From the NCBI GenBank assembly GCA_963708065.1, contig CAVPRZ010000006.1, forward strand, positions 193,573-257,572: a DNA stretch of 64,000 bases, written 5' to 3'. The DNA comes from an uncultured Chloroflexia bacterium. GTDB lineage: Bacteria > Chloroflexota > Limnocylindria > Limnocylindrales > CSP1-4. Below the pieces are notes generated by a model. That model was not told where the DNA came from. It made no database searches and was given only the letters and a program-made list of their open reading frames with translations. Positions within the stretch are counted from its first letter, which is position 1; the number at the start of each line of letters is the position of its first letter. The position numbers and the translations under genes are program-made. Below are positions 1 to 9,707 of this stretch, in pieces.

Positions 1-1402
1 GGATCCTGGCAAGCGCCCGTCCGAACGCCCCGATGACGTCGTCGCCACGCGCCTGGCCGTGCTCGGTGTTGAAGCTGCCGAAGCCGGCCAGGTCGACGAA
101 CGCGATCTCCCATTCGGTCGCGGCCAGCCCGGGCATCTCGGCCACGTTGCGGACGAGGTCGGCAAACCAGGCGAACGTCGGCAGCTGGGTCCGCCGGTCG
201 AGGTCGAGCCGGAGGGCGCCGGGGAAGCGGAACCGGGCCACGACCGGACCGGTCGCCCGCAGGAGCCACTCGATCACCTCGGCGGTGAGCCACGGCACCT
301 CCGGGCCGAGCGCCCGCCACCAGCCCTCTTCCTCCTGCGTCCGGGCGAACCAGGCGATCGTCGGCTTCGGGTCGAACGTGGGGTCGAGCGCCAGGAGCAG
401 GTCGGCGACCATGAGCGTCGTGAGGACGTCGGACGGCTGGCCCGGGTCGCCCCAGCCGCCGTCGGGGTTGGCGCTGTCGGAGATGAACGCGACGAGCTCG
501 GGCACGAGCGATGGGTAGATCCGGAGCTGCCACAGGACGGCGCCGAGCGCGGCGCTCGCCGACACGAGCTGCTCACCCTCGAACTGGCCTGAGCCGATGA
601 CCGGCCCGGCGACTCGCCGCGACATCGTCGCGTAGCGGTAGGCGATGGCCGTCGCCAGGTACCACAGGTCGTTGAGCGTGGCCGGCGCCCGGGTGAGCAG
701 CCACAGGGCGAACAGATCGCGCCACGGGTCGTCGGCGGCGACGTGGAGCGCGAACTCGGCCTCCATGAGCGGCAGCAGGCCGGTTCGGATCGGGCTGGCG
801 GCCTCGCCCTGCGGGTCCGGCCGCTGGGCCAGCTCGGCCAGGAGCTCGAGGACCTGGACCTGGGCGACCGGCTCGACGAACCAGCGGGCGTAGGCCGCGG
901 GGTCCGCCGCGAGCCGCTGGCGATCGCGCGGCCGCCAGTGGACGGGAATCCCGTGCGGCGCCGCGTAGAGCGGTGAGCCCGGACCGCCACCCGGCTCGAA
1001 CGCCCACGGGAAGCCGCCGGCGCGTCCCGCCCGATCGGCTGCGCGGGCGTAGGCGGCGAGCAGGCGCGGCACGTTGACCCGCACGCCACGACTCCGGGCG
1101 AACCGGTAGGCAGAGGCGATGATCGGGTCGGTCAGCTCCTTCTGGCCGATCCGCTCACCGAGCCCGAGGATCGCGGTCGTCCCGAGCTGGATGGCGTCGC
1201 TGCCGAGATCGGCCGGCCGGCGGAGCCGGCGCGCCGGGATCGTCGGCAGCGCCATGCTGGACGGCTCGACCGGCGGAATGGGCGGGAGGAACGGGCCCGG
1301 ATCGATCGGGCTCTCGACCCCGGCCCAGCGCTGCTCGTGGATCGTCCGCCGGATGGCCGGGTCGCGGCGCCTGAGGACGGGCGGGTCCCCCCAGGCCTTC
1401 AT
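1..1402 (-). CDS. GGDEF-domain signalling protein with QW/prenyltransferase-like repeats (C-terminus cut by left window edge)
   Basis: Not in the ORF track because it has no stop inside the window. Hand translation of the minus strand from ATG 1402..1400 gives an open, GC3-rich frame MKAWGDPPVLRRRDPAIRRT... It contains SANPDGGWGD and TQEEEGWW (QxxxGxW-like), then FVDLAGFGSFNTEHGQARGDDVIGAF, which matches the start of GGDEF domains (..F.x.N-D-x-x-G-H-x-x-G-D-x-V-L). Confidence 0.6.
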   Translation of the reverse strand, partial: MKAWGDPPVLRRRDPAIRRTIHEQRWAGVESPIDPGPFLPPIPPVEPSSMALPTIPARRLRRPADLGSDAIQLGTTAILGLGERIGQKELTDPIIASAYRFARSRGVRVNVPRLLAAYARAADRAGRAGGFPWAFEPGGGPGSPLYAAPHGIPVHWRPRDRQRLAADPAAYARWFVEPVAQVQVLELLAELAQRPDPQGEAASPIRTGLLPLMEAEFALHVAADDPWRDLFALWLLTRAPATLNDLWYLATAIAYRYATMSRRVAGPVIGSGQFEGEQLVSASAALGAVLWQLRIYPSLVPELVAFISDSANPDGGWGDPGQPSDVLTTLMVADLLLALDPTFDPKPTIAWFARTQEEEGWWRALGPEVPWLTAEVIEWLLRATGPVVARFRFPGALRLDLDRRTQLPTFAWFADLVRNVAEMPGLAATEWEIAFVDLAGFGSFNTEHGQARGDDVIGAFGRALARI

Positions 1403-1447
1403 GCGCGCGTCACCTCCGTCGACCCGCCGCTGGGCGGGCACTCACGA

Positions 1448-2551
1448 TCAGCCGACTGACGCCTTGGACCGTCCTCCACGAACCGGGTCCTGGACACGCT
1501 GCGCGTCGGGCCGCCCTCCGGGGCTGGGGTACGAATGGCTGAAGTGTTCCGTAGCCCGGATCCCGTCGGATATAGCACGAACGTACGGGTCGGCGGACGA
1601 CGGCCCCTGGGCCGACCGCCCGGGCGCTACAGCGCGCGGAGGTGGGGGATCACCGTCGCTGCCGATGAGCTCGAGCTTGGTCGTGTCATCGACGCCCCGA
1701 ACGCTGAAGATCACGTGCTGGGCGCCGGCGTCGGCCAGCTCACCGAAGCGGTCGACGATCGCGGCCGGTGACTCGCTCCGGCGGCTCCCGAGCGACCCGC
1801 CAGCGGCGTGGCTGCCGTCCGGGCTGATGTCGACGTCCTGGTTGGTCGTCCGCTCGATCTCGTCGAAGTCGCGCCCCAGCCGCTCGCAGTGCTCGCGCAG
1901 GACGGCGTACTTGTGGGCGATCCGGGGGCCGTCGCCGAAGACGTTCGTGGCGTCGGCGTACTGGGCCACGAGGCGAAGCGTCTTCTGCTCGCCGCCGCCG
2001 CCGATGAGGATCGGCACCCGCGGCCGGGACAGGGACTGGGGCGAGTTCAGCAGCCGGGTCGCGAGATAGTGGCGGCCCTCGAGACGCTCCTCGCTGCCAC
2101 GCTCGCCCTGCCACATCCCGTGGGCGATCCGGAGCGTGTCCTCGAGCAGCTCGAAGCGCACGCCGAGCGGCGGGAACGGGAAGCCGAGGGCACGGCTCTC
2201 GCTCTCGTTCCAGGCCGCGCCGATCCCGAGCCAGGCCCGTCCGCCGGACAGCACGTCGAGGGTCGTCGTGGCCTTGACCCACAGCCCCGGGTGGCGGTAG
2301 TGGACGCCGCCGACCATCAGCCCGAGCCGGGCCCGTTGGGTCAGGGCGGCCATCCAGCCGAGCGCGGTCATCCCCTCGAGCATCGGCTCCTCCTCGCGAC
2401 CGATGCTCCGGATCTGGAAGAAGTGGTCCATGACCCAGATCGAGTCGAACCCGACCTCCTCGGCGGTCTGCACGACCCGGGCCAGGGTCGGACCGAGCTG
2501 CGCCGCCCCGCCCGGCCAGGTGAACGAGCTGATCTGCAGGCCGACCTTCAC
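1448..2551 (-). CDS. LLM-class (luciferase-like) F420-dependent oxidoreductase; 3' end apparently frameshifted
   Basis: 367-aa ORF with MKVGLQISSFTWPGG, DSIWVMDHFFQ and GIGAAWNESE, typical of the LLM family. A one-base shift near 1654 restores a family-typical end ...ELIGSD|VIPHLRAL* with a stop at 1629..1627. The tail down to 1448 is probably read-through. Confidence 0.85.
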   Translation of the reverse strand: MKVGLQISSFTWPGGAAQLGPTLARVVQTAEEVGFDSIWVMDHFFQIRSIGREEEPMLEGMTALGWMAALTQRARLGLMVGGVHYRHPGLWVKATTTLDVLSGGRAWLGIGAAWNESESRALGFPFPPLGVRFELLEDTLRIAHGMWQGERGSEERLEGRHYLATRLLNSPQSLSRPRVPILIGGGGEQKTLRLVAQYADATNVFGDGPRIAHKYAVLREHCERLGRDFDEIERTTNQDVDISPDGSHAAGGSLGSRRSESPAAIVDRFGELADAGAQHVIFSVRGVDDTTKLELIGSDGDPPPPRAVAPGRSAQGPSSADPYVRAISDGIRATEHFSHSYPSPGGRPDAQRVQDPVRGGRSKASVG

Positions 2552-2560
2552 GACGCGAGC

Positions 2561-3349
2561 CTAGCGGAACAGGTCGTCCGAGGCCGGGATGAGGGTCTCC
2601 CGGATCGTGCCCTCGCCGCGCGCTGGCCGAGCGCCACGGACGAGGGCGGCCGGCCGGTGGGCCGTCTTGCCGAGGGCCAGCTCGGCCGCCGAGGCGATCT
2701 CGTCGGCCACGGCCCGAACCGTCGAGCGCATCGTCCGGCCGTCGGCGTCCGGCGTCCCGCGCAGGTCGTCGAGCGGCCCGATCCCGGAGACCCCGATCGC
2801 GACGTCGACGATGCCCCAGCGCCACGGTCGGCCGAACGAGTCGGACACGATCACCGCCAGGTCGACACCGGTCCGCTCGCGAGTTGCGGCGCGGATCCGT
2901 CCGGCCGACGCGTCGGGATCGACCGGCAGGAGGGTGACGATCGAGCCGCTTGCCGGCCCGACGTTGCTCGCGTCGATCCCGCCATTCGCGCAGACGAACC
3001 CGTGGGCGGTCTCGGTGATGATCACCCCGTTGGCCATGCGCACGACGCGGCGGGCCTCGCGCAGGACGACCTCCACCTGGCGCGGGTCGCGGTCCCAGCG
3101 CTCGGCGAACGCGACCGCCTCGGGGCGCGGCTCGACGGTCGTGAGGTCGACGATCGCGCCTTCCGCCTTCGAGACGACCTTCTGGGTCACGACGAGCACG
3201 TCGTCCGACCGGAGCGGTCCGGCTCCCGGATCGTCGGCGAGCGCCGCCAGTCGCTCGGCCAGGAGGGCCGCGAGATCGTCGCCCGGTCGGACCTCGGGGA
3301 TCCCGTCGAGCGCGATGACCTCGATCCGGCCCGCCGGCTCAGCCGACAC
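2561..3349 (-). CDS. cofE: coenzyme F420-0:L-glutamate ligase (stand-alone CofE, 262 aa)
   Basis: The ORF carries VVTQKVVSKAEG, GFVCANGGIDASN and SDSFGRPWRWG, which are CofE/FbiB N-domain signatures. GTG start at 3349 overlaps the cofC stop. No nitroreductase-fold C-terminal domain is present. Confidence 0.9.
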   Translation of the reverse strand: MSAEPAGRIEVIALDGIPEVRPGDDLAALLAERLAALADDPGAGPLRSDDVLVVTQKVVSKAEGAIVDLTTVEPRPEAVAFAERWDRDPRQVEVVLREARRVVRMANGVIITETAHGFVCANGGIDASNVGPASGSIVTLLPVDPDASAGRIRAATRERTGVDLAVIVSDSFGRPWRWGIVDVAIGVSGIGPLDDLRGTPDADGRTMRSTVRAVADEIASAAELALGKTAHRPAALVRGARPARGEGTIRETLIPASDDLFR

Positions 3350-4037
3350 GGGCCGGGTCGAGCAGGCCGAGCTCCTCGGCCAGGATCAAGTCCTCGGGCA
3401 GGTCGAGATCGAGCGCAAGCGGACCGTCCGGCTCGACGACCACGGCCCCGACGGTATCCGCCGCGGCGCGATGCGCGGCCCGGCTCCCAGGACCGAAGGC
3501 GAACCCGATCGCGTCCGGCGGGCTGACGAGGAGCGCGTTCGTCCCGCGGCCGTGGCGGTCGGCCACGATCGCCACCAGCGGCCGCCCGCCGACCCGGGCG
3601 CCGGCGGCCGCGGCGACGAGCGAGCGGATGGCGTCGGACGTGACGCCCGGAAGATCGCCGGCGAGGGTGAGGATCGCGGTCGCCCCGTCGGCCGTGGCCC
3701 AGCGCGCGGCCGCGCGGAGCCCCTCGTTGAGGCCGACGTCCGACTGCCGGACCGGAGTCGCCCCGGCGGCGCTCGCGGCGCGGAGGACGACCGGGTCGGG
3801 GCTGACGACGACGACCGCGGCGACGGTCTCGACATTGTCGGCGGCCCGGACGGTCCGATCGAGGAGGCCGAGCACGAGGGCCTGGCGTTCCTCGGCGTCG
3901 AGGGTGGCACCGAGGCGCGACTTCGCCTCCTCGAGCCCGGCCAGAGGGACGAGGACGACGAGGCGGGACAGGTCGGCGCCGGTCGGCTCGGTCATCGCCG
4001 ACATCGTAGACGGTGCGCGCCGCCTGGCAGGCCGCAC
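3339..4037 (-). CDS. cofC: 2-phospho-L-lactate (or PEP/3PG) guanylyltransferase CofC/FbiD
   Basis: LVVLVPLAGLEEAKSRLG, GLNEGL and DLPGVTSDAI are typical of CofC. It sits between cofD and cofE. Start is uncertain: GTG 4037, or ATG 4004 or 3995. Confidence 0.85.
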   Translation of the reverse strand: MRPARRRAPSTMSAMTEPTGADLSRLVVLVPLAGLEEAKSRLGATLDAEERQALVLGLLDRTVRAADNVETVAAVVVVSPDPVVLRAASAAGATPVRQSDVGLNEGLRAAARWATADGATAILTLAGDLPGVTSDAIRSLVAAAAGARVGGRPLVAIVADRHGRGTNALLVSPPDAIGFAFGPGSRAAHRAAADTVGAVVVEPDGPLALDLDLPEDLILAEELGLLDPARVG

Positions 4038-4057
4038 GAGCAGGACCTCGAGCGACT

Positions 4058-5008
4058 TCAGCCGGACCCGATCAACCCGGCGAACGCCAGCATCTCGTCG
4101 GCGAGCCGCGCTCGGGCGGCGTCGTCGGTCATCAGCGTGTCCGTCACGAGGCTCCGCAGCCCGAGCGCCTCGACCTCCGGGGCGAGGGCCGCGTCGACCC
4201 GGTCGAGGACGAACCCATCGATCAGGCCCCGGTAGCCGCGGGCGACCCCGAGCGCGCTGGACTCCCGCCCGAGCGAGGCGAGCATCCTGTCGGCCGGCCC
4301 CTTGAGCGCCTTCCCGCCGACGATCCCAGAGACCGCCACGATCGGAACGCCACGCGACCGGGCCGCCGCGAGCGCCTCGACCATGCCGGGCACCGCCAGG
4401 ATCGGCCCGATCGAGACGATCGGGTTCGAGGGGGCGACGAGGATGGCCCGGGCGCCGGCCAGGGCGGCCAGGACCTCGGGCGTCGGCCGCGCGGTGTCGA
4501 TCCCGCGGAAGCGGACCTCGTGGACGGTCGGCTCCTGGTGACGGTGGACGAAGTACTCCTGGAACTCGAGCCAGCCGTCGTCGGTCCGGACCTCGGTCCG
4601 CACCGGCTCGTCGGCCATCGGCAGGATCCGGGCGGCGATCCCGAGCGAGCGCTGGAGGCCCAGGGCGACCTCGGTCGGACGAGCACCGCCGCGCAGCCGG
4701 GCGGTCCGGACGATGTGCACCGCGAGGTCGCGGTCGCCGAGCCGGAACCAGGTCTCCTCGCCGTACCGCGCCAGCTGCTCCGCGACGGCGTACGACTCGC
4801 CGCGGATCCCCCAGCCCTGCTCGCGATCGTCGAGCCCGGCCAGCGTGTAGAGGACCGTGTCGTGGTCGGGCCAGACGAGCGAGGCCGTGGCGCTCGAGGT
4901 CGTCGCCGGTGTTGACGACGACCGCCAGCTCGGTAGCCGACGACGGCCTGGAGCGCCGTGGGCCAGCTTCGCGCCGCCGACGCCCCCGGCGAGGACGACG
5001 ACGGTCAC
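4058..5008 (-). CDS. cofD: 2-phospho-L-lactate transferase CofD/FbiA; N-terminal ~35 codons out of frame as sequenced
   Basis: 316-aa ORF with LAGGVGGAKLAHG..., PDHDTVLYTLAG, APSNPIVSIGPILAVPG and GIVGGKALKGPA. The conserved blocks LQAVVG and ELAVVVNTGDDLERHGL are found in the two other frames between about 4953 and 4879. Confidence 0.85.
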   Translation of the reverse strand: MTVVVLAGGVGGAKLAHGAPGRRRLPSWRSSSTPATTSSATASLVWPDHDTVLYTLAGLDDREQGWGIRGESYAVAEQLARYGEETWFRLGDRDLAVHIVRTARLRGGARPTEVALGLQRSLGIAARILPMADEPVRTEVRTDDGWLEFQEYFVHRHQEPTVHEVRFRGIDTARPTPEVLAALAGARAILVAPSNPIVSIGPILAVPGMVEALAAARSRGVPIVAVSGIVGGKALKGPADRMLASLGRESSALGVARGYRGLIDGFVLDRVDAALAPEVEALGLRSLVTDTLMTDDAARARLADEMLAFAGLIGSG

Positions 5009-5967
5009 CCGGCGCGCTCGTCCCGGTGGAGGTCGTCGAGCGCGGTCCGGACCTCGCCGATCCGGGCCAGCGTCTCCGCGTCGTACGGCGCCGGGAGCCG
5101 GACGATCACGGTCTCGAAGCCGAGCCGGCGGTAGGGCAGCAGGGCGGCGGCGATCTCGTCGGGCGGCCCGAGCAGGACGGGGACGCCCATGGCGGCCGGA
5201 CCGCCCTCGACCCCGTTGTGGGCGAGCAGCGCGTCGAAGGCGGTTGCGGCGTCGGCGGCGCGGTCGCGGATGACGATCGGGAAGCTGACCGTCCGCTCGA
5301 TCGACGCGGGATCGCGTCCAACCGCCGCGCAGTGCTCACGGAGGATGGCGTCGCGGGCGACGACCTCCTCGAGCGTCCCGGCCGTGTTCCACGCGTCGGC
5401 GAGGCGGGCGACGGTCCGGAGCGTCTTCTTCGGGCCGGAGCCGCCGATCAGGATCGGCAGGTGGCGCTGGACGGGCCGGGGCAGGACGACCGCGTCGTGG
5501 AGGGCGTAGGCCGGGCCGACGTGGTCGACGGCCTCACCGTCGAGCAGCCGGCGGATGAGCCCGACCGCCTCGTCGAGCCGGTCGAGCCGCTCGCCGAAGC
5601 CGGCCCCGAAGTCGATCCCGAACGCGTCGTGCTCGCGCTCGAACCAGGCGCCGCCGATCCCGAGGATCGCCCGGCCCTCGCTGATGTGATCGAGGGTCGT
5701 CGCCAGCTTGGCCGTGAGGCCGGGGTTCCGGAACGTGTTCGCCCCGACCATCAGGCCGAGCCGGACCCGGCTCGTCAGGGCGGCCCACGCGGCCAGGGTC
5801 AGCCAGCCCTCGAAGATCGGCTGGCGCCACGGCCCCTGGATCGCCATGAGGTGGTCCCAGGTCCAGAGCGAATCCCAGCCCGCCGTCTCCGCCTCGAGCG
5901 CGCCGTCGCGGAAGCGGGTCCAGTCGGTGGCCTGCGACCAGAGCTGGGCGCCGAACCGGGTGGTCAC
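5005..5967 (-). CDS. LLM-class F420-dependent oxidoreductase
   Basis: 320-aa ORF with DSLWTWDHL, GIGGAWFEREH and PILIGGSGPKKTLR. It has GTGA 4-nt overlaps with cofD (5005..5008) and with the upstream PPOX gene (5964..5967). Confidence 0.85.
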   Translation of the reverse strand: MTTRFGAQLWSQATDWTRFRDGALEAETAGWDSLWTWDHLMAIQGPWRQPIFEGWLTLAAWAALTSRVRLGLMVGANTFRNPGLTAKLATTLDHISEGRAILGIGGAWFEREHDAFGIDFGAGFGERLDRLDEAVGLIRRLLDGEAVDHVGPAYALHDAVVLPRPVQRHLPILIGGSGPKKTLRTVARLADAWNTAGTLEEVVARDAILREHCAAVGRDPASIERTVSFPIVIRDRAADAATAFDALLAHNGVEGGPAAMGVPVLLGPPDEIAAALLPYRRLGFETVIVRLPAPYDAETLARIGEVRTALDDLHRDERAG

Positions 5968-6398
5968 AGGTCGAGGTTGATCCGGTCCGGCCGGAGGCGG
6001 AAGGAGACCCGCCGCTGCCTGGTGAACCGGTCCCGGATCAGGGTCTCGGCCTTCTCGGGCTCGTCGGCGTGGTAGCGGCGGGCCATCTCGGCGATGTCCG
6101 CCTGGGCGGTGGGCTGGTCGTCGACGATCGACACCCGGCCGCGGAGCTGGACGAACTGGTAGTCCGCCGCGACGGTCAGGTCGATCCGCGGGTCGCGCAG
6201 CAGGTTGGCCGGCCAGCGCCGGCCGACCGCCGAGTTGATCACGACCTCATCACCGTCGAGCCGGTACCAGACCGCGGCCTGGTGGGGGCCACCGTCCGGG
6301 TCGATCGTCGCCACGACCGCGATCCGGGACGCTCCGAGGAAGGCCCGGGCCTCCGGCGTCAAGGTCGGGAGCCGCTCGGCGACGTCGTTCCTGCTCAC
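5964..6398 (-). CDS. PPOX-class (pyridoxamine 5'-phosphate oxidase fold) probable F420-dependent enzyme
   Basis: The C-terminal 145 aa of the 204-aa ORF read VSRNDVAERLP...IAVVATIDPDGGPHQAAVWY...VINSAVGRRW, which is PPOX/FMN-binding split-barrel-like. I place the start at the in-frame GTG at 6398. The upstream part of the ORF is Arg-rich and looks non-coding. Confidence 0.75.
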   Translation of the reverse strand: MSRNDVAERLPTLTPEARAFLGASRIAVVATIDPDGGPHQAAVWYRLDGDEVVINSAVGRRWPANLLRDPRIDLTVAADYQFVQLRGRVSIVDDQPTAQADIAEMARRYHADEPEKAETLIRDRFTRQRRVSFRLRPDRINLDL

Positions 6399-6667
6399 CG
6401 CGTGATGGTAGCCGGATCGGTCTCCGTTCCGGGTCGCGACCAGTGGGGAACGATCACGGACCGTTGTCGGGCTGTTGATGATCGGCCCTTGACGCCGCCG
6501 CCCGTGACGCTGGCACAATGCTCGCGACAGGGTCTCGGCCGGGTGCCAGGCCCGGTCACCTGCAGCGAGCTCGCGCAAACGGTCCCCAGGAGGAGGGCGT
6601 CCGCGACGTCGACCCGCGAAGCAGGCGGTCAGCTACCTACGCGTCTCATCGAGTTGGAGGCACCGAG

Positions 6668-7852
6668 TTGCTGTACAAACCCGCGCTCCGGCTGGGGGTC
6701 CTCGGGACCACGGCCATCCTGATCCTGTCGGCATGTAGCTCAGGTGGTGCCACGACGGCACCGACGACGGCGCCGACCACCGCCCCGACGACCGCGCCGA
6801 GCGCCGCCGGCAGCGCGGCCGGCGATGCCGCGACCGCCACCTCGGCCGCCGCCATGGGTGGCGTCGACGCCATCTGCGCGGCCGGCAAGGCCGAAGGCCA
6901 GGTCAACCTCATCGCCACGCCGCCCGACTGGGCGAACTACGGCCAGATGATCACCGACTTCCAGACCAAGTACGGGATCACGGTCAAGTCCGACCAGCCC
7001 GACGCCGACAGCGCGGCCGAGATCAAGGCAGCGACAGATCTGGCCGGCACCGGCCGCCAGCCCGACATCTTCGACCTCGGCACCGTGGTGGCCCTGACCA
7101 ACACCGACAAGTACGCGCCGTACCAGGTGGCCACCTGGGCCGACATCCCCGACGTCAACAAGGAGCCGACCGGGCTCTGGACCAACAACTACACCGGCTT
7201 CGAGAGCATCAGCTACGACACGAGCGTGGGCGACATCTCCAAGGTTGCCGACCTCGCCGATCCCAAGTACAAGGGCAAGGTCGCCCTCAACGGCGATCCG
7301 CTCAAGGCTGCGGCCGGCTTCAATGGCGTCGTCCTGGCCGCCCTCGCCAACGGCGGCTCCGCGGACAACATCGCGCCAGGTGTCGACTTCTTCAAGAAGC
7401 TCGCCGACTCCGGCAACCTGATCCCGGTCGATCCCGCCCCGGCGACGATCGCGGCAGGCACGACGCCGATCGTCATCGACTGGACCTACAACCAGGTTGC
7501 GCAGATCGCCGCGGTCGCGCCCAAGGGGATCACCTGGAAGGTGGTCGTCCCGACGGACGCTTCGCCGGTCGCGTCGTACTACAACGATGCGATCAACAAG
7601 GGTGCCGCCCACCCGGCGGCCGCTCGCTGCTGGATGGAGTACGTCTTCTCGGACGCCGGCCAGAACACCTGGCTCAAGGGCGGCGCGCTGCCGGTCCGCC
7701 TCGCCGCCATGCAGAAGGCCGGGACGGTCGACCAGGCGGCGTTTGCCGCGATCAACCCGCCGACGACCCCTCCGGTCGTGCTGACCCAGGACCAGATCGC
7801 CGCAGCGACCAAGTACCTCACCGACAACTGGAAGTTCATCTCGATCAAGTAG
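6668..7852 (+). CDS. ABC transporter substrate-binding lipoprotein (Fe3+/polyamine/thiamine-type SBP family)
   Basis: GGAGG at 6656..6660 lies 7 nt before TTG 6668. The lipobox LILSAC is followed by a TTAP x3 linker and an SBP body (NLIATPPDWANYGQMITDFQTKYGI...). It is the first gene of an SBP-permease-permease-ATPase operon. Confidence 0.8.
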   Translation: MLYKPALRLGVLGTTAILILSACSSGGATTAPTTAPTTAPTTAPSAAGSAAGDAATATSAAAMGGVDAICAAGKAEGQVNLIATPPDWANYGQMITDFQTKYGITVKSDQPDADSAAEIKAATDLAGTGRQPDIFDLGTVVALTNTDKYAPYQVATWADIPDVNKEPTGLWTNNYTGFESISYDTSVGDISKVADLADPKYKGKVALNGDPLKAAAGFNGVVLAALANGGSADNIAPGVDFFKKLADSGNLIPVDPAPATIAAGTTPIVIDWTYNQVAQIAAVAPKGITWKVVVPTDASPVASYYNDAINKGAAHPAAARCWMEYVFSDAGQNTWLKGGALPVRLAAMQKAGTVDQAAFAAINPPTTPPVVLTQDQIAAATKYLTDNWKFISIK

Positions 7853-7877
7853 ACGACACCGGGGCCAGGTGGCTCCT

Positions 7878-8814
7878 ATGACCGAGACGCCGGCCCTCAC
7901 GCCGGCGCCGCCCAGCTCGACCGCGGCCGGCCCCGCCAACAACGGGGCCGGCCCACGTCGCCTGCACGGAGCCGGGAACTACCTCGCATTCGTCCCGTTC
8001 TTCGCCTACGTCGGGACTCTTCCTCATCGTCCCGACCCTGATCGTTGCCGTCGGTGCCTTGACCAGCGGCGAGGGCGGGTTCACGCTCGACAACGTCTCC
8101 CGGCTGTTCACCGACGACGTGTTCGTCGGGGCCTTCATCAAGTCGATCCAGCTGGCGATCGGCACGGCGATCGCCGGCGCGATCTTCGGCGCGCTCCTCG
8201 CCTGGGCGGTCGCCCGGGGTGACCCGAATGGCCAGCTCCGCCAGCTCGTCGTGGCGGCTTCGGGCGTGCTCGCCCAGTTCGGCGGGGTCATGCTCGCCTT
8301 CGCCTTCCTGGCGACCTTCTCCGCCAAGGGCCTGGTCACCCTGTTCTTCATCAACGTCCTCCACGTCGGCTCCCCCTACGACTCGACCTGGCTGTTCGGC
8401 CTGACCGGCCTCGTCGTCGTCTACGCCTACTTCCAGATCCCGCTGATGCTCATCGTCTTCCTGCCTTCGCTCGACGGCCTTCGCCAGGAGTGGTACGACA
8501 CCTCGGCGAGCCTGGGAGGAGGGAGCTGGGCCTTCTGGCGGCACGTCGGCGGGCCGATCCTGGCGCCGAGCTTCCTCGGGGCGCTGCTGCTGCTCTTCAC
8601 CAACGCCTTCTCGGCCTACGCCACCGCTGCCGCTCTCGTGAGCCAGGGCAGCCCGATCATCACGCTCCAGATCGCCAACCAGCTCCAGAGCGAGGTCGTC
8701 CTCGGCCAGGAGAACGTGGGCAAGGCGCTCGCGCTCGGGATGATCGTGATCGTGTCGCTGGTGATGGCCGCCTACGCGCTCATCCAGCGGCGCGCGTCAC
8801 GGTGGGTCCGATGA
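7878..8814 (+). CDS. ABC transporter permease; frameshifted near 8014 as sequenced
   Basis: The N-terminus MTETPALT...NYLAFVPFFAYVG (frame of ORF 7869..8222) continues in the frame of ORF 8059..8814 as LFLIVPTLIVAVGALTSGEGGF... The EAA-loop region SLGGGSWAFWRHVGGPILAP is present. Confidence 0.75.
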
Positions 8815-9707
8815 CCGGACCCCAAAGCGCTCTCGGCGCTGCCGCCCCGAAGGGCGGGGCCCTCCTGGCACGGCCGAGGGGTGCCGGGCGCGGACGCCGG
8901 AGCTCCAGAGGGCAGCTCGGCGCGCGGATCGCCATCCTTCTCCTGGTCTTCGGCTACCTCCTCCTGCCGCTTATCGCCATGCTCGAGTTTTCGACGCGGG
9001 GCAACTACGGCAGCCGGAGCATCGACTCGTTCACGGCGATCTTCTCGTACCCCGACCTCATCGACGGCATCGCCACGTCGCTCGAGATCGCCGTCCTGAC
9101 GGTCTTCGGGATGCTCCTCCTGCTCGTGCCGACGATGGTCTGGACGGTCGTCCGCGTCCCGCGCATGCGCCGGGTCATCGAGTTCATGTGCCTGCTGCCG
9201 CTGGCCATCCCGGCGATCGTCATCGTCGTCGGCATCGCCCCGATCTACCACTGGATGGGCACGACTCTCGGTGGAGTCGGCGGATCGCCGCTCACCCTCG
9301 CCCTCATCGACATCATCCTCGTGCTGCCGTATGCCTACCGGGCCATCGACTCCGGCCTCCGGACGGTCGACGTCGCGACGCTCGCCGATGCGGCCCGCAG
9401 CCTGGGCGCCGGCTGGCCGCGGACGATCCTCCAGGTGATCGTGCCGAACATCCGGGGCGGGATCCTGTCGGCATCCGTCCTCGCCGTGGCCCTCGTCCTG
9501 GGCGAGTTCACCATCTCGTCGCTGCTGTCGTTCGACACGCTCCAGGTCGTCATCTTCCTGCTCGGCAAGCGCGATCCGTTCGTGTCGGTCGCGGTCTCGC
9601 TCTCCGCCCTGGTCTTCGCCTTCGTCCTGCTCTACATCATCGCCCGCTTCGCGCCGGGGGCCACTGGGGGCGCTCGACAGGCCCCCGAGGAGGAGCCAGC
9701 GACATGA
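8811..9707 (+). CDS. ABC transporter permease
   Basis: ATG 8811 overlaps the upstream stop (ATGA). TM-rich ORF segment with DAARSLGAGWPRTILQVIVPNIRGG (EAA motif). Confidence 0.85.
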   Translation: MTGPQSALGAAAPKGGALLARPRGAGRGRRSSRGQLGARIAILLLVFGYLLLPLIAMLEFSTRGNYGSRSIDSFTAIFSYPDLIDGIATSLEIAVLTVFGMLLLLVPTMVWTVVRVPRMRRVIEFMCLLPLAIPAIVIVVGIAPIYHWMGTTLGGVGGSPLTLALIDIILVLPYAYRAIDSGLRTVDVATLADAARSLGAGWPRTILQVIVPNIRGGILSASVLAVALVLGEFTISSLLSFDTLQVVIFLLGKRDPFVSVAVSLSALVFAFVLLYIIARFAPGATGGARQAPEEEPAT